Shown here: one piece after another, positions 11,928 to 22,407 of the stretch | Position numbering within the stretch: the first letter of the stretch is position 1 | Layout: every line of letters begins with the position of its first letter | DNA from: Candidatus Bathyarchaeota archaeon | GTDB lineage: Archaea; Thermoproteota; Bathyarchaeia; Bathyarchaeales; Bathycorpusculaceae | Reading direction: 5' to 3' | NCBI GenBank assembly: GCA_963770935.1 | Contig: CAVYRJ010000008.1 | Location: 239,816 to 303,815, forward strand | DNA: 64,000 nucleotides | Notes under the pieces: model-generated | The model's input: only the letters and a program-made list of their open reading frames with translations | What the model was told of the DNA's origin: nothing | The model's database searches: none | Made by a program: the position numbers and the translations under genes

Positions 11928-12152
11928 ACCATTATGCCTCTTTATGATGCCTATACATTGATGCCAACCCAGAATAAAAACCCACATCGTATTTTTGACT
12001 CTTAGAAAGTCAACCCTTTCCAAATAATTCGATATAGAGTGATGACCTATGCCACAATCACATTTCATTAAAAATTATCTTAAACAATGGATAGCAAGTA
12101 AAACTGTGCATTTGTTGAGACCCCCTTAAGGGGTAATAGTCAACTCCGAACG

Positions 12153-13125
12153 CTAGAGTCCTGCGACATAGATGCGTAAAGCAAAAATGGGCACCACAAC
12201 AACTAACCCAAATAGAGCAGCAGTTACCGTCATCACCCGTAAAGCCTTCGGAATGTCTTCAGGTGAAATCCCATGGTCATCACCAAGGGTGTAGTAACCT
12301 TGTTTTTCAAGTTGTATGTTTAAGGCTCCTGCCATGGCGGAGATGGTGTAGCCCGCGTTTGGGCTTGCAGTTTTGTGTTTGTCACGTTGGAGAATGCGAT
12401 AGGACTCTCGCCAGTCTTCACGCAGAATAAACGATGCTGCAACCATCAAGTAAGCAGTCAACCTAGCGGGAACGTAGTTAGTTATCGTATCCATTTTAGC
12501 TGAGAACCAGCCAATATTCTTGAATTCAGCGTTCTTGTAGCCAACCATCGAATCCAAAGTGTTGATTACACGATAAGCAAAAGCACCTGGAACTCCAAAC
12601 AACGCAAAAAAGAAGAACGGAGCGGTTATGCCATCAGTGGTGCTTTCAGCGATGGATTCGACGGATGCTGAAATAATTTGGCGTTCATTAAGGGTGTTTG
12701 GGTCACGTCGGACAATGTAGGGCAACCATTTCCTCGCAGCAGCTAAATCGTTCCGTTTCAATGCTTTAGCAATGGGTTTTGTATATTGTCCCATGCCTGA
12801 AATGGCGAACGTTGCTTTGAACAGGATTGCACCTATAACAATGTAGAGGATATTCTCCGTATGGAAGAGTTCTGAGCCAGAAAAGCAGTGCAAAAACGGG
12901 GAGCGCAACAATCAGAATTATAACCAATGCCATTAAGACGCCGTTTGCTTTTTCCACTTTTGGATTTGGGTTTTTGGCTTTGCGCTTCAGGTAGGTGATT
13001 ATTTTTCCGATGCCTATAGTTGGGTGAATTCTATCAGGGTACTCGCCCAAGAACAAATCAATCAAAAAGGCTAATGTGAAGATGAGAGCGGAATCGACAA
13101 ACAAAGAAACGTCAAACCAAAACAT
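12153..13125 (-). CDS. cbiB: Adenosylcobinamide-phosphate synthase (indel near 12850)
   Basis: GEYPDRIHPT, ESIAESTTDG, YRVINTLDSMVGY, SPNAG motifs over two ORFs. Confidence 0.88.
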
Positions 13126-13128
13126 AGG

Positions 13129-14265
13129 TCACGACTCAGATTGCTTTACTAACTGTCTGAATGCGTTAATCATCCGCTCATTTTCCTGGTGTGTTTTTAC
13201 GGCAACCCGAATGTAAAACTCATCGAGCCCCATAAAGGAGGTGCAATCGCGAATCAGAATACCTTGCTTTAGCATTTTGCTCTTTAACTCGGCTGCCGTG
13301 AAGCCTGACTTGCGAACGTCGATGAAAAAAAAGTTGGCGTCAGGTGCAATAAATTTGAATCCGACAAATTTTCCAAATTCCCCAATTAACCATGCCTTCT
13401 CTTTTTGGATAAGCTCAACGGTAACTCGCAAGTGTTTTTCATCATTTAATGCAGCAACCGCAGCAGCCTGTGCTATACAGTTAACATTCCAAGGAATCTT
13501 GGCGCTTGAAAGCACATTTATGATTTCGGGGTTAGCAAGCCCATAGCCAACTCGCAAGCCAGTTAAGCCAAAAATTTTTGTAAAAGACCGCAAGATGAAC
13601 AAGTTGGGATATTTGTTAATTTTGTTGATCATTGAAAGAGATTTTTCGTTGTCAACAAACTCCAGAAAGTCTTCGTCGAGGAAAACAAGCGTATCCTGCG
13701 CCAGCGTTGTCTCAATTATTTCTTCCAAGATTTCTTGGGAAATGAGCATACTGGTCGGGTTGTTGGGGTTACAAAGGAAAACAAGTTTGGCACCAGCCAT
13801 CTCACGTTTGAACACTTCTGGCTCAATCATGAAGGTTTTGCCCAGCTTGACGAATTTTGTTATTTCTCCAGTTTTGCATACAGCACTAGCGTATTCGCCA
13901 AATGTCGGCGCTGGCATAACCGTCCTGTCACCTTTTTTCACGAAAACCTCAGCGAATAGGTACATAAGTTCGGTGGAGCCATTGCCCACTATTATATTGC
14001 CCTTATTCATGCCAAAATGACTTGCAATAACTTGCCTTAGCTCGTTGGAGTTTGAGTCTGGATAAGCCGCAATTTGGTTGAAGGCTCCTCTGGCAGCATC
14101 AAGCGCTTTTTTTGACGGACCCAACGGATTGACGCTGGAACTAAAATCCAAAATGTTTTGCGGTAAAAGCCCACTTTCTTCTGCGGCACCTAAAACCTCT
14201 GCGCCGTGAACACAGGGCTTAAGATTTTTAACGTTATCCCTAATTAGGCTCTTGATGGGCTTCAT
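13129..14265 (-). CDS. cobD: L-threonine-O-3-phosphate decarboxylase (HisC-like PLP enzyme)
   Basis: DFSSSVNPLGP, CNPNNPT, RSFTKIFGLTGLRVGY; directly upstream of cbiB. Confidence 0.8.
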   Translation of the reverse strand: MKPIKSLIRDNVKNLKPCVHGAEVLGAAEESGLLPQNILDFSSSVNPLGPSKKALDAARGAFNQIAAYPDSNSNELRQVIASHFGMNKGNIIVGNGSTELMYLFAEVFVKKGDRTVMPAPTFGEYASAVCKTGEITKFVKLGKTFMIEPEVFKREMAGAKLVFLCNPNNPTSMLISQEILEEIIETTLAQDTLVFLDEDFLEFVDNEKSLSMINKINKYPNLFILRSFTKIFGLTGLRVGYGLANPEIINVLSSAKIPWNVNCIAQAAAVAALNDEKHLRVTVELIQKEKAWLIGEFGKFVGFKFIAPDANFFFIDVRKSGFTAAELKSKMLKQGILIRDCTSFMGLDEFYIRVAVKTHQENERMINAFRQLVKQSES

Positions 14266-14417
14266 TTGGCTTATTCCTTCGCTACGCCGCGAAATTCCAT
14301 GGTTTCTCTTTAACGTAAATCATATAAATGTTTGGTCGGATGTTCCATCCTAAAGACTTATCAGTAAAAGGGTTTTTGAGAAAGCAAAACAATGATACAA
14401 TGAAAACGAGGAGATTT

Positions 14418-14603
14418 TTGTTGAGCGACAAGTTAGACAAACACAAAATTCAAGAATTAAGAGAAATGGTAAAAGAAAAAGCTCCAGATCAACCAGTTGA
14501 GAAGGTTCTAGCAGTCTTTTGCGAACGCCACGGACTCACATCCGGAACATGCAGGTACTACTACAACCTTTTAGTTGAAAACGGCGATATTAAAGAAAAA
14601 TAA
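14418..14603 (+). CDS. Small hypothetical protein
   Basis: GAGGAG RBS then TTG; 61-aa ORF. Confidence 0.55.
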   Translation: MLSDKLDKHKIQELREMVKEKAPDQPVEKVLAVFCERHGLTSGTCRYYYNLLVENGDIKEK

Positions 14604-14644
14604 GTTTAAGTTTAAACCCTCAATTACTCTACAAGGGCTCACAG

Positions 14645-15442
14645 TTGAATGAACTTATCTTCATAGGTTTAGGCTTAAACGACGAGAAAGGTATCACGGT
14701 CAAAGGCTTAGAAGAAACCAAGAGTGCGGACGCGGTTTTCATGGAAACATACACAAGCCTCATGCCTGACTTTAGCCTGCAGCGATTTGAGACTTTGTGC
14801 GGCAAAAAAATTCAAGTGGTATCCAGATTTGACTTGGAAGAAGAGAACGGAACCCTAATACTCCAAGCCGCCAAAGTTGGCAAGACCGTGCTTCTTGTTC
14901 CAGGTGACCCTTTCATCGCTACAACTCATGTCACCTTGCGGATCGATGCGAAAAAACAGGGGATAAAAACGCGAATAATTCATGGAACTTCTATTATGTC
15001 AGCAATAATCAGCTTATCGGGTTTGCATAATTACAAATTCGGAAAAACCGTTACTGTGCCATTTCCCGAAAACTTTTCTGAAACTCCCTATAACGTTATT
15101 GTTCAAAACAAGAAACTTGGTTTACATACGCTTTGCCTGTTAGATTTAAAGGCTAAAGAAAAACTCTTCCTATCAATTAACCAAGCCCTCAAGATGCTAA
15201 GGGAAGTTGAAGAAAAAAAGAAGCTGGGCGTGATTTCACAAGATACGGTTGCGGTTGGAATAGCAAGAGCAGGAGGTAATAATGCCACCATAAAAGCCGA
15301 TTTCGTTAAAGACTTGGAAAATTTTGATTTCGGGGAACCGCCTTTCAGTCTGATTTTTCCAGGGGACTTGCATTTTATGGAGGTTGATTCGTTGATTGCT
15401 TTTGGGGGTGCGCCAACCAGTTTTAGGAGGCTAGACAAATAA
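14645..15442 (+). CDS. dph5: Diphthine synthase
   Basis: FIGLGL, ETYTS, GDPFIATTH, YKFGKTVT, LHTLCLLD. Confidence 0.95.
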   Translation: MNELIFIGLGLNDEKGITVKGLEETKSADAVFMETYTSLMPDFSLQRFETLCGKKIQVVSRFDLEEENGTLILQAAKVGKTVLLVPGDPFIATTHVTLRIDAKKQGIKTRIIHGTSIMSAIISLSGLHNYKFGKTVTVPFPENFSETPYNVIVQNKKLGLHTLCLLDLKAKEKLFLSINQALKMLREVEEKKKLGVISQDTVAVGIARAGGNNATIKADFVKDLENFDFGEPPFSLIFPGDLHFMEVDSLIAFGGAPTSFRRLDK

Positions 15443-15475
15443 GCCTCGAAACATTGACATGCGAAGTACATTTCG

Positions 15476-15724
15476 ATGGCTGAAAGAGTTTTTAAGGAAA
15501 TTAAGCGAACCCAAACCCCAATTAACCTAACAGAGGAGTCGGTGGCGCATGTTTTAGGGTGGGCAGCTGATTACTTGGAGGATGCAAAGTATTATAAGGC
15601 TCAAGGCAACCTTGAAACAAGTTTAACCTCAGTAGCTTACTGCGAAGGGCTACTTGATGCTTTAAGATTATTGGGCGCAGTGAACTTTGAATGGCCAACA
15701 AACCAAGAAAAAAAATTGTCTTAG
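15476..15724 (+). CDS. DUF357 protein
   Basis: YLEDAKYY..SVAYCEGLLDALRLLG; usual neighbour of dph5. Confidence 0.85.
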   Translation: MAERVFKEIKRTQTPINLTEESVAHVLGWAADYLEDAKYYKAQGNLETSLTSVAYCEGLLDALRLLGAVNFEWPTNQEKKLS

Positions 15725-16149
15725 CATCAGGCGTTTTTGACCTGCTTCATCTTGGTCACGTGAGGTTTTTGGAAGATGCCAAAAGGGCAGGCGGAAAAAA
15801 CGCAAAACTAATCGTCATTGTTGCAAGGGACAGCACAATAGAAAAAACTAAGGGCAGAAAACCAATTATGACTGAGGACCAACGTTGTGCCCTGGTTGAA
15901 TCGCTTAGGGTAGTTGATGAAGCTGTTCTTGGTTATGAAGGTCTTGAAATCGGCGAAGTTATAGAAAAAATTAAGCCGGATTTTATCGCGTTGGGCTATG
16001 ACCAAACGGAGATGGAGAGGGAAGTCAAAGAGTACATTGAAGCCCATAAACTGCCTGTTTCGGTTGTGAGGATTGGCAAGTATGGGGAGAATGCTTTAGA
16101 TAGCTCGTCTAAGATTAAACAGAAAATAATCGACAAACTCGGCAAATAA
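15691..16149 (+). CDS. ribL: FAD synthase (cytidyltransferase family)
   Basis: GVFDLLHLGH, VARD, ALGYDQ, SSSKIK. Confidence 0.88.
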   Translation: MANKPRKKIVLASGVFDLLHLGHVRFLEDAKRAGGKNAKLIVIVARDSTIEKTKGRKPIMTEDQRCALVESLRVVDEAVLGYEGLEIGEVIEKIKPDFIALGYDQTEMEREVKEYIEAHKLPVSVVRIGKYGENALDSSSKIKQKIIDKLGK

Positions 16150-16162
16150 CGGTTGCACATTT

Positions 16163-16772
16163 ATGGGTTGCGAGAAATACAAGCCAACATACATTCTAAT
16201 CGCATTAAACGTAGCTATCTACATTTACGGTGCAATCGTCGGCGGAAACGCATTCACCACACCCGACAGCGTCGTGTACCAGTGGGGACAAGTTAACCTG
16301 TATGTTTTCCAAGGTGCCTACTGGCAACTGTTCACATCCATATTCATCCACGCCTCGATAGTTCACCTTGTCGGCAACATGCTCTTTCTATTGATTTTCG
16401 GTTTGCGGGGAGAAGAAATGTTTTCGCTTCCAGAATTCCTCGCAATCTATCTCGTTGGTGGCTTAGTCGGCAATGTCCTTTCTTTAGTGTTCGGACCACT
16501 CTTTGTTTCAGTTGGAGCTTCAGGAGCGATTTTCGCAATGTTTGGGGCCTGCGTCATTTATGGTAGGCGTTCAGTTCGGCAATCTATTCTGGGTGCACTT
16601 AGTTTATGCGTTCTTCCTATTCTTTATCAACACCGGGGAAAACGTCAACATCTTAGCGCATCTAGGAGGACTGGGGTTCGGTCTAATTGTCGGCTACTTA
16701 ATTGCAGCAACCCGCAAACCAGACCATCAGGAAAAGATTAGACAGTCGTATTCTGTTGCCATGCCTTTTTAG
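16163..16772 (+). CDS. Rhomboid intramembrane serine protease (indel near 16600)
   Basis: HLVGNM, GASGA catalytic Ser, AHLGG catalytic His in second frame. Confidence 0.88.
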
Positions 16773-17462
16773 CTTGGTTGAGTGTAGACTTCAACTTTTA
16801 CTTTGGTGCCATCTTTAAGACACAATGCTTTTCTTAGGCAAACAGGCGCAATGATTTCTAAAACTGAAGCATCATAATGGCTCCGCAACGCCGTTACTAA
16901 GGCTCCTTTAACCTCAGTGCCAATAATGGCTGGATAACATTTTACCAATCCAAAAGTGCGGTCCTCATTTTGAAAGCCTTTAACCTCAATCGCTGGATAA
17001 GCGTCCAGTTCCAAACGTGTCTTAATATCATAATCCGATAACAACTTCAGGTTAAGTGTGCCTGGGTAAGGTTCAAAACCCAATTTCTCAACAATCTGCT
17101 TTCGATAATAATCTTTTCCCATATAGTAGGCACCTTCACCCAAACCTGTAAAAACTGTTCCTTCCAACGTCACTGAAGGCGGATAAGATTTCTCCATCAA
17201 AACCTTTATACCCGAATACAATTTCTGCAACTCTCGTGTTCCTGTGCTCTTCGATGTTGATTAGGCTGCCATCAGGAGTTATGTTGCGTTGTATCCAGCC
17301 TTTGCGTTCAAGCTCGATTAGGTAGCGGGATGCAGTCTGCTGGGAAATCCCAAGCTTTTTCGCTAAGTACTCGGTTGAAATCTTGGCAATTCGCCGAAAA
17401 GCACCCATCTCCGCGAGTTTTAGGAGCATGTAGAGGTGCTGCCACTCCTGCTTCTCAGTCAA
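16769..17462 (-). CDS. ribK: CTP-dependent riboflavin kinase with N-terminal HTH (indel near 17240)
   Basis: SQQTASRYL HTH; GLGEGAYY, PYPGTLN, EIIAP. Confidence 0.9.
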
Positions 17463-17576
17463 GGCTTTTTCTCCAGTGGATTAGAAAAGTAAGCCATGTA
17501 GCTATTTAAGCGGCTCGAAACCAAACCGCTAAATTTGTGCCATCCTAATGGTTAATTATTTGATAGGAAAAACGGG

Positions 17577-18315
17577 GTGAAGCTAATGGCGAACGTTTTT
17601 GATGAAATGGGCGTTTATTGGGCGGAAATCGCGGACAAAAGCCAAACGGAAAAGCAACTGCAATTCCTGAAAACCCATCTCAGGTCAGATGGATACGTTT
17701 TGGATATTGCTTGTGGAACGGGAAGGCACTCGATTCCTCTAAGCCAAGAAGGATATGGCATGGTGGGCTTGGATGTTTCTGTGAACCTTCTCAGGATTGC
17801 CAAGCAGCGTTCCAGCAAGGTTGCAGTGGTTTTAGGTGATATGCAACATTTGCCCTTCAAGGATGAAGCGTTTGCGGCTGCAATAAGCATAGATACGAGT
17901 TTTGGGTACTTGCTGTCCGAGAAAGATGATAGATTTAGTTTGGCTGAAGTTCAAAGGGTACTATTTCACCAGGGAGTTTTTGTTGTCGATGTTTTTAATC
18001 GAGAAGGTTTAATTCATCAAATACAGAAACGAAAAACAATCATCCAAATTGAAAGAATATCCCAGCTTTTTTCTACAACAAAAACGAACAATAAGCAAAA
18101 AGGGCGATTTGCTTTGCGATTTGTGGACCATTCGAGAAAAGGCAAGCGGGCAATTAGCGGTTTTTGAACATACTGTTCGCTTGTATGAGCGGGATCAGTT
18201 GGAGGGTTTGTTGGAGAAGACAGGTTTCTCTGTGAATCAGGTATATGGCGACTATGAAGAGGAAGACTTTAGCCCTAATTCGCCAAGGCTAATCATGGTA
18301 GCAAATGCCAAGTGA
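17577..18315 (+). CDS. Class I SAM-dependent methyltransferase (indel near 18020)
   Basis: VLDIACGTGRH, GLDVS, TSFGY; C-terminus RLY..QVYGDY in second frame. Confidence 0.85.
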
Positions 18316-18417
18316 CATTTCTGCTATGATTGTTTTAAGGGTATATGCTTATCGGCAAGCACATAAAAGTTATAAGCGCCCATAAAGACACATTGAAGAA
18401 TTAGACAGGGACAAAGC

Positions 18418-19410
18418 ATGAACGCTTGGAAACTCAGACTTTCTATGGCGGCAACTCTAGCCGCAATCTTTGGCTTAACCACCCTTGTTTTCGTAGTTAT
18501 CTTAACATGGGCTGGAATAGGCTTTAGCCTCTTAACCATAGGAGCATTCGTAGTAGTATTCAACATCGCCCAATGGCTTCTGTCTCCTTACCTTGTGGGC
18601 TTGATTTACAAAGTTAAAGAAATGCCCCAGAACGAAAACCTCCAAGTTCACCAGATGGTTAGCGACCTAAGCCGAAAAAGTGGTATCGCCAAACCAAAAC
18701 TTATGCTATCACAAATCCCACTGCCCAACGCATTCGCATATGGTTCACCTTTAACCGGTAGTCGAGTTGCCGTAACCCAGGGGCTCTTGAAGAACCTTGA
18801 CGACGGAGAGGTTGAAGCAGTCATAGGGCACGAATTAGGACATTTAAAGCATCGGGACGTTCAGGTTATGATGGTTGTTTCGTTCTTGCCAGCGTTGTTC
18901 TACTACATTGGCTACTCGCTTATGCTCTCAGGCATGTTCGGCGGGGGAGGACAACGCAAAAACGAAGGCGGAAACAACGCGTTAATCGGCATTGCTTTCA
19001 TGGCTTTCTCTTGGGTACTAACCTTGTTCACGCTTTACCTAAGCCGCTTACGTGAATACTACGCCGACAGACACAGCGCTGCAGTTGTGGAAAATGGCGC
19101 TGAGAAACTTTCCACTGGGCTTGTAACAATCGTGCAGGAAAGTAAACGAACAAATAAGCCCAATAAAGAACAGCAGAAAAGCCCCAGCTCCTTCAAAGCC
19201 CTCTTCATCTCAGATCCAGACCGCGCAGCTGCAGACTCAAATGAGCTTCATGCAAACAGAGTTACCAACAAATACGACCTGTTAAGAGAAACACTTGCAA
19301 AAAATCCCACGTCAGCCGACAAATTCGTAGAAATCTTGTCAACTCATCCAAATATAATCAAGCGGCTAAGAGCACTGCAAGAACTTAGCCGAAACCCAAG
19401 CACATACTAA
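18418..19410 (+). CDS. htpX: Zinc metalloprotease HtpX (M48)
   Basis: PNAFAYG, HELGH, SRLREYYAD, STHP. Confidence 0.92.
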   Translation: MNAWKLRLSMAATLAAIFGLTTLVFVVILTWAGIGFSLLTIGAFVVVFNIAQWLLSPYLVGLIYKVKEMPQNENLQVHQMVSDLSRKSGIAKPKLMLSQIPLPNAFAYGSPLTGSRVAVTQGLLKNLDDGEVEAVIGHELGHLKHRDVQVMMVVSFLPALFYYIGYSLMLSGMFGGGGQRKNEGGNNALIGIAFMAFSWVLTLFTLYLSRLREYYADRHSAAVVENGAEKLSTGLVTIVQESKRTNKPNKEQQKSPSSFKALFISDPDRAAADSNELHANRVTNKYDLLRETLAKNPTSADKFVEILSTHPNIIKRLRALQELSRNPSTY

Positions 19411-20031
19411 AACAGCAAATCTTTGCTTCTTCGGCCCAAGAAGGGGTTACATTCGTTTTTCTTCCCCAATCATCGAGGTCTCGCCGTGTCCAGGATAAAC
19501 CAGAAGCGAATCGGACAAACTTGTTAGTTTTTCCAGAGATCGCCTCATCTCGTTCATTGAGCCGCCTGGAAAATCTGTCCTGCCGATTCCGCCAGCAAAC
19601 AGCGTGTCGCCTGTAAAAACAAGTTTTTCTCCAACAAGACATATGCTACCAGGAGTGTGCCCAGGCGTATGCAGAACTTTGAGATTTTCACCGCCAAACT
19701 TGACTATGCTGCCATTTTCCAACGATACGTTGCGTGGAAACTTATTTTTTTCTGTGCCTTCTATGAAATGTTCATCAAGCGAGTGGATACAGATGGGAAC
19801 GTTTAGTTTTTGTTGAAAAAGCACGTTTCCCTTGATGTGGTCGTCGTGTCCATGTGTGTTAACGATATATTTCACCGTTAACTTCCCAGTGGATATGGAG
19901 CCTAGAATAGGTTTGGCTTCGGCTGAAAAATCCAGCCCTGGATCAAGCAGAATTGCTTCTTTTGTCTCTTTGGAGCTTGCAAGGTAACAGTTAGTGGATA
20001 ACATGCCGACGGTGAAGGTTTCAACTATCAT
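19407..20031 (-). CDS. MBL-fold metallo-hydrolase (glyoxalase II-like)
   Basis: THGHDDH, HTPGHTPG, GDTLF, PGHG; NPFL tail in shifted frame. Confidence 0.88.
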
Positions 20032-20131
20032 ACAAATCAACATGCAAATACGCTGTTGATAAAATAAGCATTTTCCCTGTTAATCTCAATCTATAAAAGC
20101 AAAAGTTTAGTTTAAATCTGAAAAATAAATT

Positions 20132-20353
20132 TTAAATACTAACTTCAATAGCGCTTCCGCATTTGCCGCAGCAAACAATTAATTCAACAAGCTCGCCGTT
20201 GACTAGTTTTGTATCTAAGATCTGGTAGTTCTCTTCCGAATCATCATCGGGCGATATCGACAAGCCGCATTTGGGGCACTGGAACGAGCCATCATCGCTA
20301 GCCAAGTTTATCTTGTACATCGAGGCTTTTTTGTCCAGTTTTTTCATCATCAT
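20132..20353 (-). CDS. Small zinc-finger protein
   Basis: CPKC...CGKC pairs in 73 aa. Confidence 0.65.
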   Translation of the reverse strand: MMMKKLDKKASMYKINLASDDGSFQCPKCGLSISPDDDSEENYQILDTKLVNGELVELIVCCGKCGSAIEVSI

Positions 20354-20495
20354 ATTCCTTCACTTCATTTGCTATAGTTTTTCATTGACCGTTTTTATTA
20401 AATAACGATTATGAATTTCTATTCAGTATGCGGAATCCATTTAAAAGGTTGACGCAAAAAAAGGAAAAAAATACTGATTTGTTCACCACTTTCGT

Positions 20496-22403
20496 TTAGG
20501 CTTCTGCTTCTTTTTCAAAGTTTTCAGGTGAAATGTAATCGCCATACTTCTCTTTGGCTTGGAGCAGACGTTCACGCTGCAGGTAAAGGATGCCGAACAT
20601 TTCCAGCGGCGTATCAGTTACGTTTTCTTGGTAGAATCTTTGCACCCTTTCGATTTTTGCTAGGTTTTCTGGCACGCGGATAGTGAATTGTTTGATGTAG
20701 TCTTCTTTAGCGTAGTTTTTGTTTAGCACCTGTTTGAAGAGTTTATGGAGATCCTCGTATTTTGGTATGTATCCTGTTGGGGTTTTTATGGCTTCGACTT
20801 CGTGGTGTACACGTAGTTCCATCCATTTTATCCAAACATGCTTATCCTGTGGACTGTTAAGGTATTTGCCGTTGCCAACTTCCTTCAGGAAGTAGTTGAC
20901 GCCGAAAACAATTGGTTGCTTTTTGAGTTTTCGCCCGAAATCCAAGTTGTTGTGGACGTTTTTGCCCATGGGTATCGAGATGAAGTCTTGGATGCTCATC
21001 ATGTTTATTTCAGGAACGCCTTCTTTGCCGATGGTTGCAAATGTGGTTTCGGTTTCAAGCGAGGCACCGTAAGCGACTATACCGTGGTCCCAGCTGAAGC
21101 TTTGCTGAACAGGCACGTAAGCTTTAACGTCGCGTCCGCCGTACATTATGCCGCCTAATTCCACACCTTTAGGATTATCAAGTTCAGGGTCAACGTTCTC
21201 CAAGGCTTTTAGTGCTACTGCGTAACGTGCGTTTTTGTGGGCGGCTGGAACGTCGTTGCCATTTTCGTCTTTTTTGCCTTCGTACCATGTGCCAGTGTAG
21301 TTTAAGCCTTCTTTAGGCAGTTCTTTTCCCATGCCAAGCCAGTAAGGTTTGCCGTCTTTCACCAGAATGTTAGAGAAGATTATTTCTCCCTGAGAAGTTA
21401 GCACTTTATAGATTAGGGCATCGTCTTTTGGGTTTACGTCCTGTATAATGCCAAAGATGCCTGATTCAACATTGACTGCTCGTGCGGCAGAGTCGATGTC
21501 TCGGATGTAGGCTATGTCGTCGCCAAGGATTGTTTCGCCTGGAAGCATAGCTGTTGAGGTTTTGCCGCATGCACTTGGGAAAGCTCCTGCAAAGTAGGTT
21601 TTGCGTCCGTTTGGACCAAACACACCCATGAGCAGCATGTGTTCAGCTAGCCATCCTTCGCTGCTGGCTTTGCGGATTGCCAAGCGGAAGGCAAGTTTTT
21701 TGAAGCCTACCGAGTTTCCTGCGTACTGTGTGTTGACGCTGTAGATGGTGTTGTCCATGTGGTCTATGTAGATGCGTTTTTTACTGTAATCTACGCTGAC
21801 CATGTCCTCGTTTACTTTTCCGGAAGAGTGAAGGACACGTAGGAAGTCGCTTTTTGGTCCTGCCTTCACGAATTGTTCATAGCCAGGACGGTAGAGCAAA
21901 TCTTCCGAGTGCGCTACATACCATGAGTCAGTGCATTGTAATCCCAAAATCGTAAAGATCGAGTCAGCTGGCCCCAACGAGATAAAGCGGACAATCATCG
22001 TTTTGCCAACCATAGAATCCCGTAGCAACCCTCTAACTTCGGCCAGACCCTCTTGGCGATCCATCTGGTTGAGAGCTTTAGATAAGCTAACACCTTTTGC
22101 TACGAGGTATTTGGTGTTTTGGCGGTCTCTTCCTTGGTCTTGTTCGCCATCAAAGTGAACTGTGTGTCCAGGCATGGTTAGGATGGCTTTTTCTTCTCCA
22201 TAGGCAACTGCTTGTTTTCGAACATGTGCGATGTCTTCAGCTGAGTCGCTGCAGATGAAGATTTTTTCGGCGTGGCAGAGGTCGCTTTCTTTGGCGATAA
22301 ACTCATGGACGTTGGGGTTGTCTATGGCGCTTAGTTTTTGGAAGTCTTTGGAGCTTAGTTTGGATTGTAAGGCTTCAAGGTATGGATTCATAGGTTTCAT
22401 CAT
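20496..22403 (-). CDS. pckG: GTP-dependent phosphoenolpyruvate carboxykinase
   Basis: YAGNSVGFKK, GWLAEHM, AFPSACGKTS, GDDIAY, HKNARY. Confidence 0.95.
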   Translation of the reverse strand: MMKPMNPYLEALQSKLSSKDFQKLSAIDNPNVHEFIAKESDLCHAEKIFICSDSAEDIAHVRKQAVAYGEEKAILTMPGHTVHFDGEQDQGRDRQNTKYLVAKGVSLSKALNQMDRQEGLAEVRGLLRDSMVGKTMIVRFISLGPADSIFTILGLQCTDSWYVAHSEDLLYRPGYEQFVKAGPKSDFLRVLHSSGKVNEDMVSVDYSKKRIYIDHMDNTIYSVNTQYAGNSVGFKKLAFRLAIRKASSEGWLAEHMLLMGVFGPNGRKTYFAGAFPSACGKTSTAMLPGETILGDDIAYIRDIDSAARAVNVESGIFGIIQDVNPKDDALIYKVLTSQGEIIFSNILVKDGKPYWLGMGKELPKEGLNYTGTWYEGKKDENGNDVPAAHKNARYAVALKALENVDPELDNPKGVELGGIMYGGRDVKAYVPVQQSFSWDHGIVAYGASLETETTFATIGKEGVPEINMMSIQDFISIPMGKNVHNNLDFGRKLKKQPIVFGVNYFLKEVGNGKYLNSPQDKHVWIKWMELRVHHEVEAIKTPTGYIPKYEDLHKLFKQVLNKNYAKEDYIKQFTIRVPENLAKIERVQRFYQENVTDTPLEMFGILYLQRERLLQAKEKYGDYISPENFEKEAEA

Positions 22404-22407
22404 TTCC

